A DNA stretch of 64,000 nucleotides, from NCBI GenBank assembly GCA_016194745.1, contig JACQBA010000012.1, positions 85,224-149,223 on the forward strand. The letters run 5' to 3'. Shown one piece after another: positions 44,151 through 54,838 of this stretch (its first letter is position 1; every line of letters starts with the position of its first letter). This DNA comes from Elusimicrobiota bacterium. Lineage in GTDB: Bacteria > Elusimicrobiota > Elusimicrobia > UBA1565 > JACRDR01. A program made the translations under genes and the position numbers. Under the pieces are notes generated by a model. It made no database searches and had not been told where the DNA came from. It saw nothing but the letters and a program-made list of their open reading frames with translations.

Positions 44151-47006
44151 CTATTTCGACGGGGCGTTGATGCTGAGCAAGATGAGCGGCGGACCGCCGC
44201 TCTCGCTCTCGATCCGGCGCGCGCTGAAGGACAGCTCGCGGTCCACGACGCGGATGGGGACCTTGCTGAACGGCACCCCTTGGGCCGCCAAACGCTCCAG
44301 ATGAGCACGCAGCGCCGGGACGTTCCAGTGACCGCCCTCGATCTCGAACAACGACCGGCCCAACGAGCTCTGCGTCAGGCCGAAGGCCTGGTACATGGAG
44401 CGGCTTCCGGCTTTGACCCGCATATGTGCGTCCAGGATGGCCAGGGATTCCTGGCCCATCTCCAATACGGCCTCGAACGCGGAGGTGGCGTTGATCTCGG
44501 AGATGCTCCGCAGAATGGGATCGTTGTCCATGAAGACGATCACGGCTCCCTCGATCTTGTTCTCCGTGGTCTTGTACGGCCGCACGCGCACCGCGTAGGA
44601 GTGCCCCTCCTGGTCTCTGACCTCGAGCTCCTTGGGGGTCACCGTTTCGATAACGTCGTGGATGATCTCCTCGATATTGGGAAGAGGTATCTTCGGCTTG
44701 ATGTCGCCGATAGGGCGGCCGACGTCTCCTGGCAGGAGGTTCATGATCTTCTCCGCCATCGCGCTGAAGCGGCGGATGCGCAGGTCGCTCGACACCATGA
44801 TGATCGGCAGATGCACGCTCGAGATCAAGTTGAGCAGATCGTTGCTGAGCTGATCCAGATCGCCGTTGCGGGTCTGCAGCTCCTCTTTGGCGATCTCGAG
44901 CTCCTCGTTGGTGCTCTGGAGCTCCTCGTTGCTCGAGATGATCTCCTCATTGGCGGACTTGAGCTCCTCGTTGGCCGCCTCGTGCTCCTCGACTATGGTC
45001 TGCAGATAGTTGCGGGTCGACGCGAGCTCGCTCTTGAGCCGCTTGAACGCGGCTCCCTCCGGGCGAGCCGCCTTCGCGCTTCCCGCGGCGCGCGCGTGCC
45101 CGGAGTCTTCGCCGCGCGCGGACCCGGGCGTCTCGTCCTCGAAGAGCACGATGAAATAGCGTTCTCCTGAAATCGGAAGGCGGAAGGGCACCACTTCGAT
45201 CGAGACCTTCTTCGCGCGCCCATCGTCGTCGCCCAGGTCGATCCCGCTTATCTTGACCGGGGAGTCGGACTTCTTGGCCTTGTTGATCAGCGAGCTGATC
45301 GTGGACGCGGAATGGGCGGGCATCATCTTCAAAAGGGAGAGGCTGGCCTTGCCCGTGGCCGGCTCGATGTATCGGTTGACGTGCCCGCGAAAATGCAGGA
45401 TGCTTAAGTCCTTGCTGATGATGACGCCCGCGGGAGCGAAGCGTTCGAGCAAGATGCGCTCGGCCACCTTTTGGACGTCCGTCTCCGGCCAGACGGCCGC
45501 CACGGGGCCTTTTCCTTTCAGGGCCGCTTCTTCCGAGCTGGTGACGTGCTCGACCCTGGTGGGATAATGTATGCGGGCCGCCGACGGCTTCTTGTAGTAA
45601 AGACGGCACTTCTTATCGGCCGCCCCGAACAATTCGCCGAATTCCCCGATCGTCTCGGCGTTGCCCAGTATCAGCGCTCCGGAAGGCCGAAGCGCGTAAT
45701 GGAACATCGGCAAGACCTGCTTTTGGATCTGCGGGCCGAGATAGATCAGCACGTTGCAGCAGCTGATGAGATCGACGTTGGCGAACGGGGGATCCTTCGT
45801 CAGATCGTGCTTGGCGAAGACGCACGCGTCTCTGACGCGCTTGACTATCTCGTAGCCTCTGTCCACTTTGGTGAAGAACCTGCGCAGCAATCTCGCGGGA
45901 ACGTGGTTTTGGATCTCTTCCGAGTAGACGCCGGCGCGGGCGCGTTCGAGGGCGATGTCGCTGATATCGGTGGCGAAGATCTGGACGGCGTTGATGCTGT
46001 CGCGTTCGCTGAGAAAATCGAACAGCTCGATGGCGAGAGAATAGGCTTCCTCGCCGGAGGAGCAGCCGGGAACCCAGACGCGGATGGGCGCGTCCGGGGC
46101 CAAGCCCTTCAAGATGCGCGGGAAGGCCTTGGCGCGGAGGACGGCGATCGACTTCGGCTCGCGGAAGAAATGCGTCACGTGGATCAGCAGATCGTCATGC
46201 AGGGCGCGGATCTCGTCCGGGACTCTCTCCAGCAGGTCTACGTACTGCCGCAGCTTCTCGAATTTATGCAGCATCAGGCGGCGCATCAGCCGCCGCTTGA
46301 TGGTGCTCGGTTTGTACAGGCTGAAATCCACGCCGGTCGCGCGGCGCAGCTGCAGGAAGATCTGACCGAGAGCTTTGTCGTCGTCGAAGAGGGAGGAGAC
46401 GTCCGGGCTGAGCACGGGGTGCAGCGCGATGCTCGCCAGCTCCTTGGCGATCTTCTCGGGAGGCAGGACGAAATCGACCACGCCGGTGGCCGCGGCGCTC
46501 TGCGGCATCCCGAAATGGCCCGCGGATTCCTCGTCCTGCGCGAAAACGATCCCGCCCTCGGATTTGATCGCCTTGACGCCGGTCGCGCCGTCGCTGGCCG
46601 TGCCCGACAGGATGACGGCGATCGCCTTGTTGCCGCGGTCATCGGCCAGCGAGCTCAGGAAGCAGTTCACGGACATGGCGTGGATGCCTTCCGGCCTCGG
46701 GATCAGCGTCAATTTCCCGCCGACGATGATCATGTGGGTGTTCGGCGGGATGACGTACACTCGGTTCGGCAGGATGCGGACCCCGTTCTTCGCCTGCGCG
46801 ACGGGCATCTCGGTCGCTTTCTGCAGGATCATGGGCAGGAGGCTTTCCCGCGTCGGATCGAGATGCTGCACGACCACGAAAGCCATTCCGGTATCGGCGG
46901 GGAGATGAGACAGAAGCTGGGAAACGGCCTCCAATCCTCCGGCGGAGGCGCCTATGCCTACGATCGGGAAAAGCGCGTCGGGATTGGAGGAGGGTATTTT
47001 AGTCAT
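44151..47006 (-). CDS. CheB methylesterase - CheR methyltransferase - PAS fusion protein
   Basis: N-terminal CheB catalytic domain (GASAGG ... VVQHLD), central CheR domain (VWVPGCSSGEEAYSLA, CCNVLIYLG), coiled coil and C-terminal PAS-like region. 951 aa. Confidence 0.9.
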   Translation of the reverse strand: MTKIPSSNPDALFPIVGIGASAGGLEAVSQLLSHLPADTGMAFVVVQHLDPTRESLLPMILQKATEMPVAQAKNGVRILPNRVYVIPPNTHMIIVGGKLTLIPRPEGIHAMSVNCFLSSLADDRGNKAIAVILSGTASDGATGVKAIKSEGGIVFAQDEESAGHFGMPQSAAATGVVDFVLPPEKIAKELASIALHPVLSPDVSSLFDDDKALGQIFLQLRRATGVDFSLYKPSTIKRRLMRRLMLHKFEKLRQYVDLLERVPDEIRALHDDLLIHVTHFFREPKSIAVLRAKAFPRILKGLAPDAPIRVWVPGCSSGEEAYSLAIELFDFLSERDSINAVQIFATDISDIALERARAGVYSEEIQNHVPARLLRRFFTKVDRGYEIVKRVRDACVFAKHDLTKDPPFANVDLISCCNVLIYLGPQIQKQVLPMFHYALRPSGALILGNAETIGEFGELFGAADKKCRLYYKKPSAARIHYPTRVEHVTSSEEAALKGKGPVAAVWPETDVQKVAERILLERFAPAGVIISKDLSILHFRGHVNRYIEPATGKASLSLLKMMPAHSASTISSLINKAKKSDSPVKISGIDLGDDDGRAKKVSIEVVPFRLPISGERYFIVLFEDETPGSARGEDSGHARAAGSAKAARPEGAAFKRLKSELASTRNYLQTIVEEHEAANEELKSANEEIISSNEELQSTNEELEIAKEELQTRNGDLDQLSNDLLNLISSVHLPIIMVSSDLRIRRFSAMAEKIMNLLPGDVGRPIGDIKPKIPLPNIEEIIHDVIETVTPKELEVRDQEGHSYAVRVRPYKTTENKIEGAVIVFMDNDPILRSISEINATSAFEAVLEMGQESLAILDAHMRVKAGSRSMYQAFGLTQSSLGRSLFEIEGGHWNVPALRAHLERLAAQGVPFSKVPIRVVDRELSFSARRIESESGGPPLILLSINAPSK

Positions 47007-47024
47007 CGAGGCCTCCGTGTGCCG

Positions 47025-48785
47025 TCACGACGCCAGGGGGAACGAAACGTGAAAAACGGAGCCGCCCTCCGCGTTGTTTTCCGCAACGATCCGGCCGTGG
47101 TTCGCTTTCACCATTGCGCGGACGATCGCCAGGCCCAGCCCGTTGCCCTTGACGGCCTGCGTGCGCTCGCAGCGGTAGAAGCGCTCGAAGACCTTCTCCA
47201 GATCGTCCGGCGGAATGCCGCTGCCTGTATCTTTGACCGACAACACTCCTCTTCCGCCTTCGACGGCGCCGCGGACCTGCACTCGCCCGCCCGGATGATT
47301 GTATTTGATGGCGTTGTCCAGCAGGTTTCCCAAGATATGGCGAAGATCGTTGGAGTCTACCAAAACGCTCAGGCTCTCGGCGATATCGACCCGGAGGGAG
47401 ATGCCGCGGCGCTTGGCCCTCGCCACGAAACTCGGGACGATCGCCCAGACGGCCTGGGCGAGGGGGAGCGCCATCGCCTGGGTGTCGCGCTTGACGGAAC
47501 GCGTGGCGTTGAGCTCCAGCAGTCCATCCACCATGCGCGCCATATTGACGGTCTGGTTCTCGATCGCCTTCAAGAATTTCGAACGGATCCGCGGGCTGCG
47601 GATGCCCAAGCGCAAGGTCTCCGCGGACCCTCGGATCACCGTCATCGGGGTCCGAAGCTCGTGGACGACTTCGCCCAAGAACGCATTGTGTTCGTCTTCG
47701 CGCTGGCTGCCGGATTTGAGGCGGAGGCGCTCGGTGAGATCCCGCACGATCCACAGCTCGGCGGGACGGCCCTTTCGGACGAACGGGACGGCGCTCGCGC
47801 TCGCGGGAAACACGGTGCCGTCCCGTCGAACGTAATGAGGCATCGCGAGCCGGTCTTTAGACCGCCGCTCGTTCGAGAGCCTTCGATACGCCGTCTCCGA
47901 CGCGACGAGGTCCTTGCCTTGAGTCCCGCGGAACTCCCGCAGGCTGAGTCCGAAGAGGCGGCGAGCGGCTTCGTTGGCGTCCACGATGAGGTCGGTCTCG
48001 GCGTCCCGCACGAGAAGCGCCTCTTCCGAATTATTGAAAAGCAACTTGAGATGTTCATCGCTGTCCCGCGACCGGAAGCCGAGGCTGTCGGTCTTGGCGG
48101 TTTCCGACCGGACGGAATAGGACCCTGGCGATTCGAGCGGCCCGAACAGGTCGGAAAACTCGTCCACCGTGCAGGTGGGATCGAATAGAAGCCCGCCCGG
48201 TCCCAAGGCGCGATGGAAGGTCCGGAAGGCCTCGTGGCGTTCGGCGACGGACAATTCGGCAAGCCGCTCGCTGCAAACGATCACATCGAGGCCGCTGAAC
48301 GGCAGGGGGCGAGCGGCCTCGTCGGTCATGAAGCGGCAGGCGTCGCGCACGAAGCGCCGGACCTGCCACTGGCCTCCCGTTTGGACGAAGAAGCGGCGGA
48401 TCCGCTCCGGCGCGCCTTGGACCGCGGAGAGAGGGTAACGGCCCGCGCGCGCGTGATGGATGCGCTCGGCGCTCATGCCCGAGGAGTAGACGCGCAGCGA
48501 GATCTCGCGCCAATGAGCTCCCATCGCCTCGATCAGGGCGATCGCGACCGAGTGGACATGCTCGCCGCCGGTGCATTGAGGCACCCAAACCCGCAGGGGC
48601 GCGTGAAGGTTCAAGGCTTGGAGCAGGGGAGAGCGGACCGAGCGCTTGAGCGCGCGCGGCGCGGCGGAGTTCTCAAATTGCGGATACGTGACGGTCGACG
48701 TCTTCCTCCCGGTGAGATTCTGCGAGGTGATCATGAACCCCCCGCGGGAGGCGGGAGGCGGGGTCCGGGAAACGAAATAGTTCAT
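47025..48785 (-). CDS. Sensor histidine kinase with an N-terminal degenerate CheR-like methyltransferase domain and a PAS domain
   Basis: LRVWVPQCTGGEHVHSVAIAL parallels CheR VWVPGCSSGEEAYSLAIEL but with altered SAM-site residues. PAS domain follows, then HisKA (EVVHELRTP) and HATPase_c (GNLLDNAIKY ... GLGLAIV). Confidence 0.8.
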   Translation of the reverse strand: MNYFVSRTPPPASRGGFMITSQNLTGRKTSTVTYPQFENSAAPRALKRSVRSPLLQALNLHAPLRVWVPQCTGGEHVHSVAIALIEAMGAHWREISLRVYSSGMSAERIHHARAGRYPLSAVQGAPERIRRFFVQTGGQWQVRRFVRDACRFMTDEAARPLPFSGLDVIVCSERLAELSVAERHEAFRTFHRALGPGGLLFDPTCTVDEFSDLFGPLESPGSYSVRSETAKTDSLGFRSRDSDEHLKLLFNNSEEALLVRDAETDLIVDANEAARRLFGLSLREFRGTQGKDLVASETAYRRLSNERRSKDRLAMPHYVRRDGTVFPASASAVPFVRKGRPAELWIVRDLTERLRLKSGSQREDEHNAFLGEVVHELRTPMTVIRGSAETLRLGIRSPRIRSKFLKAIENQTVNMARMVDGLLELNATRSVKRDTQAMALPLAQAVWAIVPSFVARAKRRGISLRVDIAESLSVLVDSNDLRHILGNLLDNAIKYNHPGGRVQVRGAVEGGRGVLSVKDTGSGIPPDDLEKVFERFYRCERTQAVKGNGLGLAIVRAMVKANHGRIVAENNAEGGSVFHVSFPLAS

Positions 48786-48848
48786 GACTATGATTTAGGA
48801 TAGACTACCATATCCCGCCGGTTGGGACATGACTCTTGCGTAACGAAG

Positions 48849-49304
48849 TTATGACTTGTGTACCGCCTCAGGATCGGAGGGTAGGCTCGCGAACGTGAAC
48901 CAAAACCCTTCGATCAGTGAGACCAAGGTCTGCAGCCGCTCCATGCCGTTGGGCTTGGTGACGAACCCGTTGGCTCCCAGCGAGTAGGCGGTATTGACGT
49001 CTCGCTCCGAGGCCGACGTCGTGAGCACCAAGACCGGGATGAGCCGCAGCGCCGGATCGGCGCGGATATCCCGCAGCACTTCCTCCCCGCTTTTCTTGGG
49101 AAGCCTCCAATCCAATAGTATCAAGGAAGGCCTTGCGGCGCCCGAAAAAGAACCTTCGCCGCGCAGATAGGCCATCGCCTCGACTCCGTCCGTGACGACC
49201 TTGAAATCTATCAGGCCTTGAGCGGTCTTGACCGCCTCTTGCATCAATAGCACGTCCGTGGGATCGTCCTCCACCAGGAGGACTTGGCGGGGGGAAGTCG
49301 TCAC
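48849..49304 (-). CDS. Single-domain response regulator (CheY-like receiver)
   Basis: VLLVEDDPTD, phosphoacceptor D in LILLDWRLP, and T/K residues (LTTS ... KP). 151 aa. Overlaps the upstream kinase by 4 bp. Confidence 0.85.
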   Translation of the reverse strand: MTTSPRQVLLVEDDPTDVLLMQEAVKTAQGLIDFKVVTDGVEAMAYLRGEGSFSGAARPSLILLDWRLPKKSGEEVLRDIRADPALRLIPVLVLTTSASERDVNTAYSLGANGFVTKPNGMERLQTLVSLIEGFWFTFASLPSDPEAVHKS

Positions 49305-50515
49305 ATCGCGCCTTCCTTCGGCGGGGGGAGAAGAGTGAAATGAAACGTCGAGCCTTCCTCAGGCTCGGATTCCACCCAAATGCGTCCGCCGAAACGCTCG
49401 ATGATCTTCTTGCACACCGCGAGGCCGAGTCCGACGCCCGCGTACTCCTTGGGGGCATGCAGCCGGTCGAAGATCGAGAAGATGCGCTGGGCCTGGCGCG
49501 GGTGGATGCCGATCCCGTTGTCTCGGACCGAGATGATCCATTGCTTCGCCGATTCCTCGGCGGAGACGTGGACCCGCGGGGGTTCCTTGCCGCGGAACTT
49601 GATCGCGTTGTCGAGCAGGTTGTAGAGGACCCGCTCGAGAAGGGCGGGCTCGGCCCAAACCGTCGGCAGCGTCCCGCACGTGACCCGAGCGCCGCTGCCC
49701 GCGATCTCCTCCGTCAGTTCCCGAACGGCATGCTGGACCGCCGCGCTCAAGTCCACGGCCGAGAGCGGGGCCCGCGGGTCCGCTTCGCCGTACTTGACCA
49801 GGCCCGCGACCAACCCCTGCATCACCGCGGCGGAGTCCATGATCTGCGCGAGAAGGCCTTCGGCTTGCGCGGTGAGGCCGTCCTTGAAGCGCTGCGCCAG
49901 CATCTCGCCGAGGTTCGATATTCTCCGCAGCGGGGCTTTCAGCTCGTGCGAGGCGACCGAAATGAATTGCTCGAGCTCCGACTTCGATGACGCCAGCTCG
50001 CGGCCCCGGCCCGCCGTTTCCTGCTCCATCCGTTTGCGTTCCGTGATCTCGGTCCATGTCCCCTGAATGAGCAAGGGGTCTCCGGCGGCGTTGCGGATCA
50101 CTTCCGATTCGTCGAGTATCCACTTCGCGCGGCCCGTGCGGTCCAGGAGCCGATACTCGGCCGAGAATCGGCGCCCGCCCTTGTGCGCTCGTCCCAGAAG
50201 AGGAAGAATGCGCGGGCGATCCTCCGGGTGCATGCGCCGTAGCCAAAGACTGCGGCCCGCGGTCCATTCTTCCGGGGCGTATCCCAACAACGCCTGGACC
50301 TGCGGGCTGATGTAGCTGAAAGACCCCTGCACGTCCATCGCCGCCACGTAGGTGATGATCGGCAACCGTTCGGCCAGAGCCCGATAGCGCGCCTCCGCCT
50401 GATCCAGGCGGTCTTGAAGCTCTTTTTGGCGGCCGCCGAGCGGCGCGCGCGCATAGTCGCCAACGGCGGCACCCTGGAGCTTGACCGGAGTCACTCGGTT
50501 TCCATGTCTGCGCAT
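49301..50515 (-). CDS. Soluble PAS-domain sensor histidine kinase
   Basis: PAS fold, then HisKA H-box (SHELKAPL) and HATPase_c N/G boxes (LLDNAIKF, GVGLGLAVCKKI). No TM segments. Confidence 0.85.
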   Translation of the reverse strand: MRRHGNRVTPVKLQGAAVGDYARAPLGGRQKELQDRLDQAEARYRALAERLPIITYVAAMDVQGSFSYISPQVQALLGYAPEEWTAGRSLWLRRMHPEDRPRILPLLGRAHKGGRRFSAEYRLLDRTGRAKWILDESEVIRNAAGDPLLIQGTWTEITERKRMEQETAGRGRELASSKSELEQFISVASHELKAPLRRISNLGEMLAQRFKDGLTAQAEGLLAQIMDSAAVMQGLVAGLVKYGEADPRAPLSAVDLSAAVQHAVRELTEEIAGSGARVTCGTLPTVWAEPALLERVLYNLLDNAIKFRGKEPPRVHVSAEESAKQWIISVRDNGIGIHPRQAQRIFSIFDRLHAPKEYAGVGLGLAVCKKIIERFGGRIWVESEPEEGSTFHFTLLPPPKEGAM

Positions 50516-50685
50516 GACTTTCCAAGATTCTCCCGCCCGCGAGGGGGCGGGCGGCGTCCCATTTCCGTTTCTCTCATCGCTTCAGTGTAGGCGTTCAAGC
50601 CGCCGCTTGACATGGCCGCGGTGTGAATTAATGTTGGCTTGGGGGTGTTCGATTATTCTAGAGTCACTGGGCTGGCGGAGGGACG

Positions 50686-51636
50686 ATGAGAGCGATAGTC
50701 GCTTTGGCGGTCGCGGCGGGGATCGGGCTCGGCGGAGCGCCCGCGGGCGCGGTGGACGGCAAGACGCGCATCGCCGTCATCATGACGAACGGCGAGCAGC
50801 GCTACCTGCAGACGATGAGCGGCATCTCGGACGCGCTGAAGGAGGCCGGCTTCGGCGACTCGCGCATCGCGATGGCGGTGGAGACCCTCGTGCCGAACAA
50901 AGAGGAGGTCCGGGCGCAGGTGACGCGCCTCGCGGCCGGGGCGGACGTCGTGGTTCCGCTCGGCAGCGTCGCGACCCAGGCCGCGATCGCGGTCGTCAAG
51001 GAGAAGCCCGTCGTCTTCGGCCACGTGTTCAACCCGGTCGAGGAAGGGATCGTCAAGTCGTGGGAAAGCCCGGGCGCCAACGTGACGGGCGGAAGCAACT
51101 TCGTCCAGCTGACCCCCTTCGTGGTCCGGCTGCACAAGGTGCTGGCCCCCCAGAAGGCCGCGATCTTGTTCACGCCCGGCGAGCGGCAGTCGGAGTCGCA
51201 GCTCGAGGCGATCATGGCCGGCGCCAAGAGCGCGAAGCTCGAGACCGTCGCCGTCCCGGTCAAAACGGCCGCGGACGCGCCGGGCCTCGCCAAGCAGCTG
51301 GGCGGCGTCGACCTTCTCTTCCTCACGGGCGGCACCGCGATCGGGAGCAACCTCCCGCAGATCGTGTCGACGGCGGTCGGGCTCAAGATCCCCACGACCA
51401 CGCACGTCGGCACGTTCATCCAAGGCGGAGTGCTGCTCGGTCTCTCGGTCGAGCCCTACGAGGTGGGCAAGATCGCGGGCGAGGCGCTGCTCGACGTGCT
51501 CAAAGGCGCATCTCCGGCGACCGTGGCGGTCAAGTCGCCGCTGCCGAAGATGATCTTCAACGCCAAGACCGCCAAGGCGCAGGGCTTCGTCCCGCCCGAG
51601 GCGCTGCAGAAGTGGATCACGAAGACGGTCGAGTGA
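50686..51636 (+). CDS. Periplasmic solute-binding protein of an uncharacterised ABC-type system (ABC_sub_bind/COG2984-like), with no adjacent permease or ATPase
   Basis: Signal peptide. Type I PBP alpha/beta repeats (RIAVIMTNGEQ ... VVFGHVFNPVE ... LFLTGG). Transcribed divergently from the histidine-kinase operon. Confidence 0.7.
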   Translation: MRAIVALAVAAGIGLGGAPAGAVDGKTRIAVIMTNGEQRYLQTMSGISDALKEAGFGDSRIAMAVETLVPNKEEVRAQVTRLAAGADVVVPLGSVATQAAIAVVKEKPVVFGHVFNPVEEGIVKSWESPGANVTGGSNFVQLTPFVVRLHKVLAPQKAAILFTPGERQSESQLEAIMAGAKSAKLETVAVPVKTAADAPGLAKQLGGVDLLFLTGGTAIGSNLPQIVSTAVGLKIPTTTHVGTFIQGGVLLGLSVEPYEVGKIAGEALLDVLKGASPATVAVKSPLPKMIFNAKTAKAQGFVPPEALQKWITKTVE

Positions 51637-51643
51637 GAAGACG

Positions 51644-52075
51644 ATGACTGCCCAAGACCGCTGGCTGCGCAACGTCGCCCTCCTCCCGATCCAGGTCCTC
51701 GGCGCATTCACCTGGCTCATCGCGGGCGGGGACAAGCTCCTGGGCGGCGGGGTGCCGGCGTACTTCGAGAAGATGTTCGCCGGGTCCTTCATCGCGAAGT
51801 TCCCCGGGATTCCCGCCGCGTTCTACCAGATCGCGCTGCTCGAGCTGGCGGCCGGCATCCTCTTCGTCGTCAGCCTGTTCCGCGGCGAGTTCCTGGAGCG
51901 GCGGTCCAAGTCGATCCTTCAGTGGGCGCTGTGGCTCTCGACCGGGATCTTCGTCATGCTGGGCTTCGGCATGCGGGTGATCTCGGAGCACAAAGGCGCG
52001 GCCGACCTCTACTTCTACGCCGGCGCGACCGTCGCGTTCTGGATCTTCGTGCGGCAGTCCGAGCCGGCGCGCTAG
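51644..52075 (+). CDS. Hypothetical membrane protein (DoxX-like, 4 TM)
   Basis: 143 aa, four hydrophobic helices. 8 bp downstream of the solute-binding protein gene. Confidence 0.55.
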   Translation: MTAQDRWLRNVALLPIQVLGAFTWLIAGGDKLLGGGVPAYFEKMFAGSFIAKFPGIPAAFYQIALLELAAGILFVVSLFRGEFLERRSKSILQWALWLSTGIFVMLGFGMRVISEHKGAADLYFYAGATVAFWIFVRQSEPAR

Positions 52076-52078
52076 CCC

Positions 52079-52630
52079 TCAGTCCTTGAACTGGGTGCCG
52101 AGATTGCGGATGCGCTCGGAGAGCTCCTTCGTCTTGCCGGCGCGGTCCGCCGCCTTCGCATCCTGGATGACGCGCTCGACCAGCCCCTCGTAGACTCTCT
52201 TGTCCACGATCGCCTCGAGCGGGTCCTGGCCCTTCGCGAGCGTCAAGTCGATGAGGTGCGCGGGCCGCTTGTTGTAGACGTAGTACCAGAGTGGGAAGTG
52301 GGCCTTCTCGTTCTCGACGACGGCGAATTTCGCCTTGAGGAGCTCCTCGGGGGTGATCAAGTAGTTGTCCTTCTCGGTGGAGACGCTGTCCATCGCGAAC
52401 TTGTTGAATTGCGACTTGAAGCAGGCGGCCTCAAGGCCATTGGTCGTCGTCTGCGCCTGAATCCATCCGCCGCCGCCCTCGCAGCCCTTGGCGAAGTCCG
52501 CGATCCTCTTCCCGTGGACCGAGACCAGATTCCCGAGGCGCGCGTTCGTGTCTTGCGCCGACGCGCCGCCGGCCGCCGCGAACGCGATCACCGCCGCGAG
52601 CGCCGCCGTCTTCATGATTCGATTGTCCAT
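52079..52630 (-). CDS. Hypothetical secreted protein
   Basis: Signal peptide (MKTAALAAVIAFAAAGGASA), 183 aa. Confidence 0.45.
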   Translation of the reverse strand: MDNRIMKTAALAAVIAFAAAGGASAQDTNARLGNLVSVHGKRIADFAKGCEGGGGWIQAQTTTNGLEAACFKSQFNKFAMDSVSTEKDNYLITPEELLKAKFAVVENEKAHFPLWYYVYNKRPAHLIDLTLAKGQDPLEAIVDKRVYEGLVERVIQDAKAADRAGKTKELSERIRNLGTQFKD

Positions 52631-52811
52631 GTTTGTTCTCCCCTCGTGACGCGCCGTGGATAGTATGGCGGCCGCCGTCTCGAATGAGGAGGGGCGTACG
52701 GGGCGCTAGGCGGTAGGTCGCGGAGCCCGGCGCTTGTTGCAGCGGTTGGCCGAGCGCCCCTTATGACAAGGGCGTACGGATTATCTAGGATGGTGGGCAA
52801 GGAGACCCATC

Positions 52812-54197
<1,386 letters not shown>

Positions 54198-54237
54198 CCC
54201 CTCTGGTGCCATGTTTTGCTTAGCGCGCCTAGCGCGC
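54198..54237. repeat. Left 40-bp inverted repeat (shares the ggtgcca(g/t)gtttt terminus with the 82-bp element)
   Basis: cccctctggtgccatgttttgcttagcgcgcctagcgcgcc. Its partner at 55519-55558 is the reverse complement with 2-3 mismatches. It contains the tandem tagcgcgcc x2. Confidence 0.75.
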
Positions 54238-54245
54238 CGACCTCA

Positions 54246-54836
54246 CTATTCCCGCCGCAGCTGCCGTTCGAGGTAGAGCGCCTGCTCGGGAGTCGACAGG
54301 TCCCAAATCAGCCACTCCGTCTTCTCGACGCCGCGGCGCTTCACGCACACCGCATAGCTCACGGCCGGCGCCCAGAAGGTGTCCTCGCCCGAGTCGCGTC
54401 GCTCGCACCACGACCGCTCGATGTCGACGAGGAGGAGCTCCTTGCCCGGCCACGGGAGCGGACCATGCTCCACGGCGACGCGCCCGCGTCCGACCCGCAG
54501 CGTCGTGCGGTCGAGGAGATGGGCGAGCGAAACGTAAGCAAACCAAAGGCCCATGCCGAACATCAGGAGCAGCACCGCCGCCGAGCCCGCGTCCATGCCC
54601 TTCGATCTCGAGGCGAAATAGAGGACGACGAAAAGGATCCCGTTCCAGACCGCGGCGAAAACGACGCCGAAGGCCGAGCCGAGGACCGGGGACCAGCGCC
54701 AGGAGACGACGCGCTCGCCCGCCTCCTCAGCGGCGGAAAAGCCGCCCGGAAGCGGGAGCGCCGCGCGCGGATCGCACGCCAGCTCGCCGCCGCCGCTGTT
54801 CACCTCCATGAAAAATCCGAAGATCTTGAACTTCAT
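54246..54836 (-). CDS. Hypothetical membrane protein
   Basis: ATG at 54836 (MKFKIFGFFMEV). Three or four TM helices. 2 bp downstream of the upstream gene. It lies inside the inverted-repeat-bracketed segment. Confidence 0.5.
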   Translation of the reverse strand: MKFKIFGFFMEVNSGGGELACDPRAALPLPGGFSAAEEAGERVVSWRWSPVLGSAFGVVFAAVWNGILFVVLYFASRSKGMDAGSAAVLLLMFGMGLWFAYVSLAHLLDRTTLRVGRGRVAVEHGPLPWPGKELLLVDIERSWCERRDSGEDTFWAPAVSYAVCVKRRGVEKTEWLIWDLSTPEQALYLERQLRRE

Positions 54837-54838
54837 CG

